Source: Gemmatimonadota bacterium
GTDB taxonomy: Bacteria > 4572-55 > J002
Direction: 5' to 3'
DNA: 35,578 bases
Assembly (NCBI GenBank): GCA_003697105.1
Contig: RFFQ01000187.1
Coordinates: 1 to 35,578, forward strand
Shown here piece after piece: positions 1 to 9,454 of the stretch. The notes below the pieces were generated by a model. The model was not told the DNA's origin. It saw only the letters and a program-made list of their open reading frames with translations, and did not search any database. The position numbers and the translations under genes were made by a program. The stretch's first letter is position 1. Each line of letters starts with the position of its first letter.

Positions 1-67
1 TCAAACGAGGCAATGACCATGGCAAATGGCTGCCCAAAAAACGATAAAGTGGTACCAAATGTGTCAT
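1..67 (-). CDS. 5' end of a probable gene running off the window (MTHLVPLYRFLGSHLPWSLPRL...), product unknown
   Basis: ATG at 65-67 (minus) preceded by a purine-rich GGAAGAAAG; frame open to the window edge; candidate promoter at 117-145 upstream. Confidence 0.35.
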   Translation of the reverse strand, partial: MTHLVPLYRFLGSHLPWSLPRL

Positions 68-116
68 GTCTGCTTTCTTCCAAATTTAGAACGAGAAAAG
101 GAGCGGATTGTTCTAG

Positions 117-145
117 AAAGTAGAAGAAAGTGGACTTTTTTTCAA
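117..145 (-). promoter_or_regulatory. candidate sigma70 promoter TTGAAA-17-TACTTT
   Basis: Read on the minus strand; 17-bp spacer; points at the ATG at 67. Confidence 0.4.
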
Positions 146-336
146 GTTTTGTCGTGTACTATGGGCAGTGCCATACGCCCTTCGACGGTATCGACATCCA
201 CAACAAAAGAGGTCACGATAATCTGCACCGCTTGCAAACTCCGAGCAAAATCACCAAGAGCATAATAATTGGCGGCTTGTGCATCGGGATTGTTGGCAAG
301 GGCGCTGTAGGAGTTGCTATATGCGATCCGGTATCA

Positions 337-2826
337 TTAGGGATGTGCCACCACTACCGTCTGGGTTTTCACCGTGGTGCCAAGAGTTATCGCGCAAATA
401 TAGAGATGATCCGGTACGACCTTCCCGTTACGGTCGCGACCGTCCCACAACACCCCAATCGCGGCGTCTTCAGGTGTAAATACGCGATTATCCACCAGTG
501 TTCGCTGCAATCGACCGGCGATATTGTAAATTTGGATGGTTACCGGACGTGGTTGATCTAATGAGAACCAGATTTGAGCCACTTCTCCGGTAGATGGGGC
601 AAATACTCGCGGTAGCACATCTACCTGTGCTGTGGTGATCGAAAATATCTCTGAAAAGACGGTATCGGAGCTATTCAAGGGGTCGCTTACGGTCAAACGT
701 AATTGCCCCTGCCGCTCCGAACCATAACCGGAGGTATCCCACACGTAGCGTCCATCATTGACCGCCATCGGTTGGGCTTCGGCATCAAATGGGTTCAATG
801 ACCGCCACGAAACGCCTCCATCGTTGCTATAATCGATCTGAATGGTTAAATCCTCCGGTAAATGATCGCTATCAGTCGCTTCCCACAAAATCTCTTGTAA
901 CCCAGTCCAGACCGTATTAGGTGTCATGGGGCGGCGCAATGTCGCTTGCGGGGCGTTATTGATGGTGTTGATGGAGAACTGTTTTTTGCCAGTCCATCCC
1001 GAACTCAAACCGGAGGCATCCACTGCCCGGACCCAAACTTCATACAATTGGTCTTCTAGTAAGGGTTCACTTGTCCAGCGGGTCACTCCGCTAACCATCT
1101 GATCCACTTCGGTTTCGATCTTTTGAAATTTAAAAATTTGAATTTGGTAGCGCATGGTTTCGGGGGTATCCAGCGGGTCTGGATCGTTGTTGAATTGCCA
1201 GCGCACGGTGACCACCGGTTGGTTCGCATCGGGTTCTGGGATGACATCTAGCGGAGTAGCGGGTGCCTCCGGCTGAACATCCACCACAAACGACTGCGTT
1301 GATGACCATCGCGCGGAAGAATCCCCTTGAGCATCTACAGTACGCACGCGATAATACCAGCGTTGGTTATCCTGCAAAGGATTATCCGGTTGCCACATCG
1401 CTTCACCGGGGGGAGTGAGCACATCGATTGCAACCGGGTTAAACGTTGGTTCCACCGAAAGTTGCAAGTGATATTGTATCTCCAGAGGCGTATTGACCGG
1501 ATTCCATTGGATCCGTGGACGCGGTGTTCGGATAATCTCATCATTTGCGGGTGAAAAGCCACCTTGGACAACTACCGGACGGAGCTTAAGCCAGCGGGCA
1601 AAAATATCTCGGGAATGCTCCCAAACAACCCACACCCGATTATTAACCACGTCCACAGCGAGTTGCGGTGAGCGATGAAACCCAATGGGTTCATTCACCT
1701 GCATCACCGATGACCAGACTTCCGTACCGTAGGGACGATAGCGGTAATAAATATCACTGGAATCCGCGGTATTACTTTGCCAAGTTACCCACATGTTTAG
1801 TGCCGGATCGACCACAATTCCCGGTAACGTGTCATCTCGACCGGGTAATTCTACGGAGATGGGTTCATCCCAGACGTCTGCTTGTAGGGATTGTAGCCAG
1901 ATGTCCCGCGCACCGGATTCCCCGCGAGCCCACGCCAGCCACACTTGACCGTGTTCCGTGATAAAAATCGCTGGGTCTGTATCGTGGCTCCCATCCGGGG
2001 TCAGTTGCCCTTCTGGCAAAGATGGATCGGGACCGGAGAGCGGTTGCCAACCTTCCGGTGTATGCCGGTAAGCAAACAGGGCACTCCCGCGGGGCCTCTC
2101 AAATGACGCGACGACCCAGGGTTGGTACGTTTGGGGATGCACCGCAATTGCCGGAAAGGAGCCGCTCGAAATCTGGTGTTCCGCAACAACCACCGGGTTA
2201 CCTTGCCACCGCCCGGGGAAACCATCCACATACTGTTGTGCCATCACCGAAACGGTATCGGGATGGGAATCTATCTCCGCATTTAACCGGCGATACCAAA
2301 CTGCCCAAATATCGGGTCTGGTGCGGCTGGCAGCGATGTTTGTTTGCATATCCCAATCCTCACCAGAGGATGAAAAACTATGGGGACCGCGCCAAGCTCC
2401 GGTCTGGGGATAAAAACTCCGGTCATATAGGCGGCTGGCGATGTTTGTCTCTTGCCAGAGTAACATGATCCCCCCCAAGGCACTGATGGCGACTTTCGGA
2501 TGTTCGTTTGAGCTATAATCGGAGAGTTGTCCTTGGCTATAATGACTTTCTACCGGCGGGGGGTACTCCCAATTTTGACCATTGTCGGTTGAGAATTTCG
2601 TAAATGTGAGTGATTCTGTTGCATCACCTTTGCGCTGCCAAGTTATCCAAATTGACCCATCCAGTGCTGAAATAGCCAGATGGGGCATATCATTTAGCCA
2701 ATCGGATGTTTCTACGGCTAAATTATTGGAGCCCACCAACCGCTCATCAACCGGAAATCCCGGGACGGGGATCACCAGTTGAGTGACAGATACCCATATC
2801 AATGAGATTAATATCGTGCGGATCAT
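337..2826 (-). CDS. secreted multidomain protein: sialidase/BNR-like beta-propeller, fibronectin type III-like domains, C-terminal FlgD-Ig domain
   Basis: 829 aa ORF; hydrophobic N-terminus; Asp-box-like STDNGQNW and YSNDGGVSW; repeated P-x-I/L-A...W-x-x-W blades; WYYRVRTVD and YEVWVRAVD FN3-type strands; C-terminal IQIYNIAGRLQRTL...WDGRDRNGKVVPDHLY. Confidence 0.8.
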   Translation of the reverse strand: MIRTILISLIWVSVTQLVIPVPGFPVDERLVGSNNLAVETSDWLNDMPHLAISALDGSIWITWQRKGDATESLTFTKFSTDNGQNWEYPPPVESHYSQGQLSDYSSNEHPKVAISALGGIMLLWQETNIASRLYDRSFYPQTGAWRGPHSFSSSGEDWDMQTNIAASRTRPDIWAVWYRRLNAEIDSHPDTVSVMAQQYVDGFPGRWQGNPVVVAEHQISSGSFPAIAVHPQTYQPWVVASFERPRGSALFAYRHTPEGWQPLSGPDPSLPEGQLTPDGSHDTDPAIFITEHGQVWLAWARGESGARDIWLQSLQADVWDEPISVELPGRDDTLPGIVVDPALNMWVTWQSNTADSSDIYYRYRPYGTEVWSSVMQVNEPIGFHRSPQLAVDVVNNRVWVVWEHSRDIFARWLKLRPVVVQGGFSPANDEIIRTPRPRIQWNPVNTPLEIQYHLQLSVEPTFNPVAIDVLTPPGEAMWQPDNPLQDNQRWYYRVRTVDAQGDSSARWSSTQSFVVDVQPEAPATPLDVIPEPDANQPVVTVRWQFNNDPDPLDTPETMRYQIQIFKFQKIETEVDQMVSGVTRWTSEPLLEDQLYEVWVRAVDASGLSSGWTGKKQFSINTINNAPQATLRRPMTPNTVWTGLQEILWEATDSDHLPEDLTIQIDYSNDGGVSWRSLNPFDAEAQPMAVNDGRYVWDTSGYGSERQGQLRLTVSDPLNSSDTVFSEIFSITTAQVDVLPRVFAPSTGEVAQIWFSLDQPRPVTIQIYNIAGRLQRTLVDNRVFTPEDAAIGVLWDGRDRNGKVVPDHLYICAITLGTTVKTQTVVVAHP

Positions 2827-4328
2827 GAATAAAAGACTTTCGCTTGGTCTTGCAGGTGCTTATGGACAATCAGGGGTGTTGTGGGATTTTCCCGTAAGGC
2901 GCTATAGACGGAGGGGTCTTGTACCCATTTTTCATTCTGGGCGATTGCCCAGAGCACAATTTCCGGTGTTTTTTCGCGTCCGGCAAGCATCAAGACATCT
3001 TCTTTTTTCATCAACGGGTTGTTCAGAGCGGATTTGACCACATTCCCATCGGGATCGGTGATCAGCACATCTAAAATCAGACGGATATTGGTCTGCGCCG
3101 CGAGTGCCACCCGGGAGCTATATGGCAACCCTCTCACTTTTTTTGCGAGGGCAATCCGGGCTCGCCGGCGGATTTCGGGGCTAAGTTCCGGTAAACGGGT
3201 GATTTCTAGCAAATCCTGCTGAGTTAGGTCGGGTAACAAGGGGATCGAAATCTCCGGCGGGGTATTGGGGTTACGGGTCAGTGCCAATTTAATGGGGTAC
3301 ATGGCACTCCATTTTTTATTTGCGGCAATAACGCGCAAGAGTTCCGGTGTGGTACTGCGGCGGTTGGTGAGCAGAATAATTTGATGATCGCGCAAACGGG
3401 GATTGGCTAAAACGTGCTTGAGGACTTCAGGCTCGCGGTCGTAAATCAGGAATTGGAGCCATTTTTGGTCGCCTTTTTTTGCCAGTGCGATTCGTTCGCC
3501 GGTCATTAAGTGCTTGGTCTGTTCTCGGGCATCCTCTACGGCACTATCGCTCAACATTTCGTGGAGGAGTTCATCCGGCGGGGCTAAATCCTCTGTGTCA
3601 TGGATGATGCGCACCGGTGCCCAGAGTGTTTTCATGGTATCTAACTGGTACGAACCATCGTCTAATCGATCAAATCCTTGTTCTTGCAATCGTTTACCAA
3701 GTTGGGCGTACACTTTGCGGATAATGCCCACATTATCCCCTTGTAAAAAGAGTTCTGCCAAGGCGTAGGGTTGGATCCGAATCTGTTTCAGGCTCTCAAA
3801 TCCATCTGCTTGGCAGGTGTTATACAGATGTTTAAGTAGATGGAGCATTCCCAATGGGGATCGACTCAGCTTGAGTTCGGTAGCAAAACCGCGAATGACT
3901 TGCATCAAACAGGGGATCAATTCTGCCAGCATCCGTGCTGATCGATTGAACAAGCGCGGAAAATCGGTCATCAGTTGCCAGACATTGAGATAGCCTTGGT
4001 GCAGGGTTTCTTCCAGCATCTGTTGCCAGCGCCGTTCCCCGATCAATTGGCTGATTTCGTACTCGCAAAGCAGGCAGAGCAAAACCCGCTCGGCATCCGG
4101 GTCTTCCCGGATCGCTTCCTCGTAGATCGAATGCAGGAGGATGGGCACATCTTCTAACGGCTGATCTTCCAATGCCATCGCTAACCCTTTGATGATGGCG
4201 TAATTTTCGGTATGAATGGAGAGATCGTGGATGAGTTGGAGAGCTTCTTGACGAAGGCGCAGGGGACGCTCCCACTTGAGTACCCATTCGGATGAGGAGC
4301 GCGGGGTCGGGGTCGCATGAGGAGACAT
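2823..4328 (-). CDS. hypothetical protein with C-terminal leucine-rich-variant (LRV)/HEAT-like repeats
   Basis: ATG at 4328 follows AAGGAAA (track start 4361 is less likely); repeats LANPRL, LTRNPNTPPE, LNNPLM, LRENPTTP; ATGA overlap with the downstream gene. Confidence 0.75.
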   Translation of the reverse strand: MSPHATPTPRSSSEWVLKWERPLRLRQEALQLIHDLSIHTENYAIIKGLAMALEDQPLEDVPILLHSIYEEAIREDPDAERVLLCLLCEYEISQLIGERRWQQMLEETLHQGYLNVWQLMTDFPRLFNRSARMLAELIPCLMQVIRGFATELKLSRSPLGMLHLLKHLYNTCQADGFESLKQIRIQPYALAELFLQGDNVGIIRKVYAQLGKRLQEQGFDRLDDGSYQLDTMKTLWAPVRIIHDTEDLAPPDELLHEMLSDSAVEDAREQTKHLMTGERIALAKKGDQKWLQFLIYDREPEVLKHVLANPRLRDHQIILLTNRRSTTPELLRVIAANKKWSAMYPIKLALTRNPNTPPEISIPLLPDLTQQDLLEITRLPELSPEIRRRARIALAKKVRGLPYSSRVALAAQTNIRLILDVLITDPDGNVVKSALNNPLMKKEDVLMLAGREKTPEIVLWAIAQNEKWVQDPSVYSALRENPTTPLIVHKHLQDQAKVFYS

Positions 4329-4354
4329 GAGCCATTTCCTTCCGAATATCAATC

Positions 4355-4383
4355 TTGACAACCCAGTTGAACACGCCTATTAT
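4355..4383 (+). promoter_or_regulatory. sigma70 promoter TTGACA-17-TATTAT for the TPR gene
   Basis: Near-consensus boxes with ideal spacing, 37 bp upstream of ATG 4421. Confidence 0.75.
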
Positions 4384-4420
4384 TTAATATCTTTTCAAAA
4401 AAAAGTAAAGGAGCGTAGGC

Positions 4421-4978
4421 ATGTCCAAAAAACGAATCCGTTTGCTGGTGTTGGTTGGTGTGCTGGTTTGGAGTGCGCAATATGTGCCGGGTACAATTCG
4501 CTGGGTCGATTCGCAAATGGCGATTGTCTTTGCACAACGCGCATTACAAGAAGGGGATCAAGCGGCGGCGCTCAACTGGTTGCAACGGTGTACCTCTTTG
4601 AACCCTCAGCATACCCGTGCGTACCGCTTAATGGGCGAAATTTTCTACTTTCAAAAGCGTTGGGCGGAAGCGGTTCGTGCCTACGAAAAAGCAGTAGCGG
4701 CGGGCAGTACCGATGCTGTCATGTTCAATAATCTAGGCTGGACGCTGATCGAACACGATCTCGACTATGAAAAAGGCATTGAATACGCCAAACGGTCACT
4801 GGAACTCGATCCCGACAAAGCGTACACCGAGGATACCCTCGGTTGGGGTTATTACAAACTGGGTGATTATGAGCAAGCCCTTTATTGGGTGGAAAAAGCC
4901 TACCAACGTGCCCCCCACGAACCAGAATTGAAAACACACTACGACGTGTTAGTTGATTTGGTCAAACAGGAGCAGTGA
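4421..4978 (+). CDS. exported or membrane-anchored tetratricopeptide repeat protein
   Basis: AAGGAG RBS; basic plus hydrophobic N-terminus; TPR motifs AYRLMGEIFY, FNNLGWTL, EDTLGWGYYKLGDYEQA. Confidence 0.85.
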   Translation: MSKKRIRLLVLVGVLVWSAQYVPGTIRWVDSQMAIVFAQRALQEGDQAAALNWLQRCTSLNPQHTRAYRLMGEIFYFQKRWAEAVRAYEKAVAAGSTDAVMFNNLGWTLIEHDLDYEKGIEYAKRSLELDPDKAYTEDTLGWGYYKLGDYEQALYWVEKAYQRAPHEPELKTHYDVLVDLVKQEQ

Positions 4979-5000
4979 ATCGTGGTCAGTGAACAGGTAG

Positions 5001-5041
5001 CAACTCCTCAACTCAAGAAACTCCCCAACTCCCAAACTCCT
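5001..5041. repeat. five degenerate ~8-bp tandem units (C/A)AACTCNN
   Basis: caactcct caactcaa g aaactccc caactccc aaactcct between the convergent TPR and gcvPA stop codons. Confidence 0.6.
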
Positions 5042-6387
5042 TAATATCTCCGTAGAAACTCGATAAATGCATCCATTTCCGCTTTGGAGCGTTTTTCGGT
5101 AACGCAAACCAGCATAGAATGCTTAAATTCGTCGCCGTAAAACCGGTCAAGGGCGATACCAGCATGAATCTTCTCTGACAGGGCATCTGTGATGATTTGC
5201 GAGGCGGGCACGGGTGTTTTAACGACAAATTCTTTGAAGAAGGGTGTCTTAAATTGCAATTGGAATGCAGCCAAATCGGCAATGCGGGCGGCTAAATAAT
5301 GGCTTTTTTGCAGGCAATGGTGCGCCACATCGTACATGCCTTGTTTCCCCATCAAACACATGTAAACCGTTGAAGCTAAAGCGACCAACCCTTGATTTGT
5401 ACAGATATTAGATGTTGCTTTTTCCCGCCGGATGTCTTGTTCGCGGGTACGTAAAGTCATGGTATATGCCCGTTTCCCGTTTAGGTCAACGGTTTCGCCA
5501 ATGACCCGGCCGGGCATCTTGCGCACATATTGGGTTTTGCAGGTGAAAAATCCCAGATGCGGTCCGCCAAAACTTGCCGGATTGCCCAACGCTTGGCCTT
5601 CGCCAACGGCAATATCAGCATCGTATTCCCCCGGCGGCATGAGGATAGGTAAGGAGATGGGGTCCACCACCGCAATAAACAACGCTCCAGCATCATGGGT
5701 AACTTGGGCTAATGTTTTCATATCTTCCAAATGTCCGAAAAAATTCGGGTGTTGGACAATCACGCAGGCAGTTTTCTCATTGAGGGTCTGTTTCAAGGTG
5801 TCAATATCCGCGCTGCCATTGTCGGTAAATGGTACCTCGATGACGGTGGCATCCACTGCCGTGTTGTAGGTCTTGACGACCTCAATGTAATTCGGATGTA
5901 CAGATTGCAGAATGACAACTTCATTGCGTTTCCGCAGTAAATTTTGTGCCATTAAGGAGGCTTCGGCGGCGGCAGAAGCACCATTGTAAAGCGAGGCATT
6001 GGAAATATCCATGCCGGTAAGTTCACACATCAAACTTTGATATTCAAAATTGACTTGCAATGTTCCTTGAGCCACTTCCGGTTGGTAGGGGGTGTACGCC
6101 GTGTAAAACTCTGAGCGCAATAACATATGGTTTACGGCTGCCGGAGAGTAATGATCATAAGCACCCCCGCCCAAAAAGGACACAAACTGGGACGAATCCG
6201 CGTTGAGACTCGCCAAATACTTCATCAATTTTGTTACTTCAATTTCGGAAAGGGCGTCCGGTAGATTAAGCTCGGAGGTTAACTGAATCTCATCGGGGAC
6301 ACTATCCAGTAAATCTTGAAAGGACTCCACGCCGATAACGTTCAGCATTTCCCGACGCTCGGAATCAGTAATAGAGAGAAAAGGCAT
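5041..6387 (-). CDS. gcvPA: glycine dehydrogenase (decarboxylating) subunit 1
   Basis: 448 aa; FLGGGAYDHY, EFYTAYTPYQPEVAQG, SFGGPHLG, REQDIRREKATSNICTNQ; AGGAG RBS. Confidence 0.96.
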   Translation of the reverse strand: MPFLSITDSERREMLNVIGVESFQDLLDSVPDEIQLTSELNLPDALSEIEVTKLMKYLASLNADSSQFVSFLGGGAYDHYSPAAVNHMLLRSEFYTAYTPYQPEVAQGTLQVNFEYQSLMCELTGMDISNASLYNGASAAAEASLMAQNLLRKRNEVVILQSVHPNYIEVVKTYNTAVDATVIEVPFTDNGSADIDTLKQTLNEKTACVIVQHPNFFGHLEDMKTLAQVTHDAGALFIAVVDPISLPILMPPGEYDADIAVGEGQALGNPASFGGPHLGFFTCKTQYVRKMPGRVIGETVDLNGKRAYTMTLRTREQDIRREKATSNICTNQGLVALASTVYMCLMGKQGMYDVAHHCLQKSHYLAARIADLAAFQLQFKTPFFKEFVVKTPVPASQIITDALSEKIHAGIALDRFYGDEFKHSMLVCVTEKRSKAEMDAFIEFLRRY

Positions 6388-6516
6388 CTTAAGACTCCTA
6401 GAGATAACGAATAGTATAAGTTTGAGACCTTTGGTTTTTCAGATATTTTTACGGGATTTACGGAATCCTTAAAATCCCAGCAGAACTAAACTTTATAATT
6501 TACGATGTAACGGGAT

Positions 6517-7737
6517 TTAATACCATTTGCGCCGTTTACCCCATTTTTCGCTACCCGAAATTGAGATAGCAATGCGGGTAATGGTTTCTTCGACCGTGTT
6601 CGGTTCAACACTTCCCCGTTTACCCCACTGCACCGCCACATCGACGATTCCAAACCGCCCTTTGAGCGGCATCCCCCACCCGATGGAAAAAAAATGCTCG
6701 CGGATTTTATCACCATCCGCATCTTTGTAATAATAGGGTTGGGTGTAATAGCCGGCACGGAGCGGCATCCGCAGGAAATAATTACGGCGCGGGTCAATAC
6801 TGGGTAGATACTCCACCCCGACTGAAAATCGTGCGGTGTCAATATATTCCAACTGGTGACTCTGCTTACCGTTAATTTCAAACTCAGACCAATTGGTGAC
6901 AACCATATCTGCCGCCACTTTCAGATTCGCCATGGCTTTATAATACGCTCCCACCCCATATTGGGACGGAATGGTGGCCTCATGTTGTTGGGTTATCGGC
7001 TCGGTGGAATAGATCGCCGTGATTTCGGTCTCCTGATCCAAAGTTGCCTTGGGGGCATATATCCCGCCGAGAGCCAGATCATCATGAAGACGCCATAAAA
7101 AGCCACTGTACATCCCCATACCGGTTATTTTTGCCTGAATGTGGTCTTCGGAATCGACAAAATCGGGGTTGGCGAAATCGCGGTACCACGTTTGATCGGT
7201 GGTGCCAAAATAATACTTTAACCCGAGGCCAAATGCCAACCGCTGCCATTTACCGGCAACGCTCAAGCGCACCGAATAAAGACCGCCGCTACCCTCAATA
7301 TCACTGCGGTAAGGCTCATCTTCATCCAAAAATGTTTTTGAGGTCAGATAATCATAATCGGTCTCTTGCACATACCCCAGTGACATGGAATAGCGGCTCG
7401 GTAAGGGGATGCTCAACTTAAAATGGGGAAACAACGAGCCATTGAAATGCGTTTTTGTCACCGCATCCTGCACGGCATAACGTTCAGGTTGGTAGGTAAA
7501 TGAGGCAGTCGTCAAGGATTGCAAAGAGGAGAGTGCCGGGTTCAATACACTTAAATTTTGATCATCTGCTACACCCAATGTCACCGTGCCCATACCCATG
7601 CTCCGGGCGGTGGCACCATAAATCGACTCTCCCAGCCCGTTGATGGAAAAAATAGACTCACTGCGTCCGGAGGAAGGAATCCCCAGCACCCCGATAAAAA
7701 AAACGATGAAGACCCAACGCGGTACAAATGAATACAT
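6517..7737 (-). CDS. outer-membrane beta-barrel, FadL/TodX/PorV-like
   Basis: Signal peptide; SIFSINGLG...ARSMGMG...NPA N-terminal plug motif; alternating amphipathic beta-strands; LRAGYY. Confidence 0.7.
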   Translation of the reverse strand: MYSFVPRWVFIVFFIGVLGIPSSGRSESIFSINGLGESIYGATARSMGMGTVTLGVADDQNLSVLNPALSSLQSLTTASFTYQPERYAVQDAVTKTHFNGSLFPHFKLSIPLPSRYSMSLGYVQETDYDYLTSKTFLDEDEPYRSDIEGSGGLYSVRLSVAGKWQRLAFGLGLKYYFGTTDQTWYRDFANPDFVDSEDHIQAKITGMGMYSGFLWRLHDDLALGGIYAPKATLDQETEITAIYSTEPITQQHEATIPSQYGVGAYYKAMANLKVAADMVVTNWSEFEINGKQSHQLEYIDTARFSVGVEYLPSIDPRRNYFLRMPLRAGYYTQPYYYKDADGDKIREHFFSIGWGMPLKGRFGIVDVAVQWGKRGSVEPNTVEETITRIAISISGSEKWGKRRKWY

Positions 7738-7778
7738 TCACATAACCTTTTTTTCTGAAGACGGATAGATAAATGGTG

Positions 7779-9149
7779 TTAATTTTCCCACGGATCACGT
7801 GGGGGAACGGTGTAATGAATTTTCAAGCGAGGTTGTAAGGTGGGCTCTGCTTCCCGGGTAAATATCCGGCCCACGCTGAAATTGGCGCCTTCCCACCCGG
7901 AACGCAACATGAATCCGAAGTTGGATTCCGGCTGGAGGCTCCACAGTTGCACCAAATTGGTGATACGATACCGCAAGGTATCAATTTTACCGGGGGTAAT
8001 TTCAATATCCAACCCGGCGACCTGCTGGCTGATACCAAAATCAAGCTCAGTGGTGTTGGTATCTTCATCCCATGCTTCTTCCAGCGGTAACAACAGCACA
8101 TTCATATAATCAATGGAGACAAACAGCGAATCATCACGATACGTTTTATCATACATACCGGACATGGTGCTATCGGCAAAAAGAGTCAACTCAGCATAAT
8201 TGATGGTCGCATCGGTGGGGATGATGTCCCTGAGGTCAAACCGCATCAAACCGCGATAGTACTGCCCGCTGTTTAACTCCAGAAACGGTTGTTGACCCAC
8301 GCCGGTGGGCGTAATGGGTTTAACAATATACCCATCATCATAGGAGGTGGCAGAACTGCCAATATTGGTTGTCGAAACCCGCATCTGATCCACGGCGATG
8401 GTATCTTCCCCGGTCGTTTTCACGTAATTATACCGGATCGAAATTTTAGGATAGCTGGCTTGGTAGGGGATATTGGCATCAACGCGTTCCACATCCCCGG
8501 CATATACATGTACCATGGATTGCATATTTTCGTCTGGCACAATCGCCAACGCATAAAACCGGTCGAGGGTGTCTTGAAACGTGGGATACCATTTCTCCAA
8601 AACAGAACTAATATCAATCCCGATAGAATCACCAGCCACCGCCGGATGGATGGTAACCGTTTGAGTCACGATGGGTTCTTCCGCAAATGTTCCCCCCGGG
8701 GTATCCCACAAGCTGTCAAGTGCGGCATTTTCCCACGAAAATTCATAAGGATTAAACGGTTGGGTGACTTCATAAACAGAAAATGTAAACGGCACGGAGT
8801 CACTTTGCGCATAGCCGTATAAGGTCAGGGTCGCTTCCACCCATTGCACCCGTTCCCGAACGATTGCTTGGGTCCCCAGATCACCGGGCGGTTCATCAAA
8901 GCGCAAAAACGCACGGGCTTCTGTATCGCCGAAACGCCCGAATGCGAGTGAGGATTTAATCCCCACATCACCGGAAAACTCCGCCCGGTAATACGTATCT
9001 TGGGAAGACGGGGTCAATTCAACGACGAGCGGTGCGGTTTCTTGCAACTCCGACAGGTCATAACCGACCGTATTCTCGGTATCCTCACTACAAGAGATAA
9101 CACCACTAGAAATCAACAACAAGGATAGTATTAACCGGTAAGCTCGCAT
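7779..9149 (-). CDS. lipoprotein with two DNRLRE-like beta-sandwich modules
   Basis: Lipobox VISC; duplicated RAFLRFD...ATLTLY and RGLMRFD...AELTLF; WDTPGG; ITNLVQLW...NFGFML...PRLKIHY; TGATG overlap with the tatA stop. Confidence 0.65.
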   Translation of the reverse strand: MRAYRLILSLLLISSGVISCSEDTENTVGYDLSELQETAPLVVELTPSSQDTYYRAEFSGDVGIKSSLAFGRFGDTEARAFLRFDEPPGDLGTQAIVRERVQWVEATLTLYGYAQSDSVPFTFSVYEVTQPFNPYEFSWENAALDSLWDTPGGTFAEEPIVTQTVTIHPAVAGDSIGIDISSVLEKWYPTFQDTLDRFYALAIVPDENMQSMVHVYAGDVERVDANIPYQASYPKISIRYNYVKTTGEDTIAVDQMRVSTTNIGSSATSYDDGYIVKPITPTGVGQQPFLELNSGQYYRGLMRFDLRDIIPTDATINYAELTLFADSTMSGMYDKTYRDDSLFVSIDYMNVLLLPLEEAWDEDTNTTELDFGISQQVAGLDIEITPGKIDTLRYRITNLVQLWSLQPESNFGFMLRSGWEGANFSVGRIFTREAEPTLQPRLKIHYTVPPRDPWEN

Positions 9150-9367
9150 CAATTGTTAATTTCTCCATTTGATTTATTCTGATTATTGGATTCGATTTCA
9201 TCGGGTCGATTGATTTCACGTTCGATCTCATTCACCCCACGCTTAAACTCGGAAATACCTCTCCCAAAGGAGCGGGCAATTTCCGGAATTCGCTTGGCGC
9301 CAAAGACCAGTAAAACGACCAGAAAAATCAGAAACATCTCTCCCATTCCAAGTCCACCAAACGGCAT
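9149..9367 (-). CDS. tatA: twin-arginine translocase subunit TatA
   Basis: GMGEMFLIFLVVLLVFGAKRIPEIARSFGRGISEFK; GGAGG RBS supports a start at 9367 (MPFGG). Confidence 0.93.
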   Translation of the reverse strand: MPFGGLGMGEMFLIFLVVLLVFGAKRIPEIARSFGRGISEFKRGVNEIEREINRPDEIESNNQNKSNGEINN

Positions 9368-9454
9368 ATTAACCTCCATTGAAAAACGTGAAAGACAAGG
9401 GTTAAACTCGTTGTGGGAAGGTAACAGGGTCAGGCATAAAAGTCAATCAAATTC

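Noticed and set aside
334-339. Selenocysteine or stop read-through at the end of the 829-aa gene
   Set aside because: The first stop is TAA followed by TGA, and the FlgD-like domain ends naturally there
26-561. Plus-strand ORFs here and the many short ORFs nested in long genes throughout the track
   Set aside because: Antisense or alternate-frame shadows with no recognisable motifs
6388-6516. Glycine riboswitch upstream of gcvPA
   Set aside because: No GGAGA...CCGAAG...CTCTCAGG core; only an imperfect GGGATTT/AAATCCC hairpin and two ACGGGATTTA copies, too little to call
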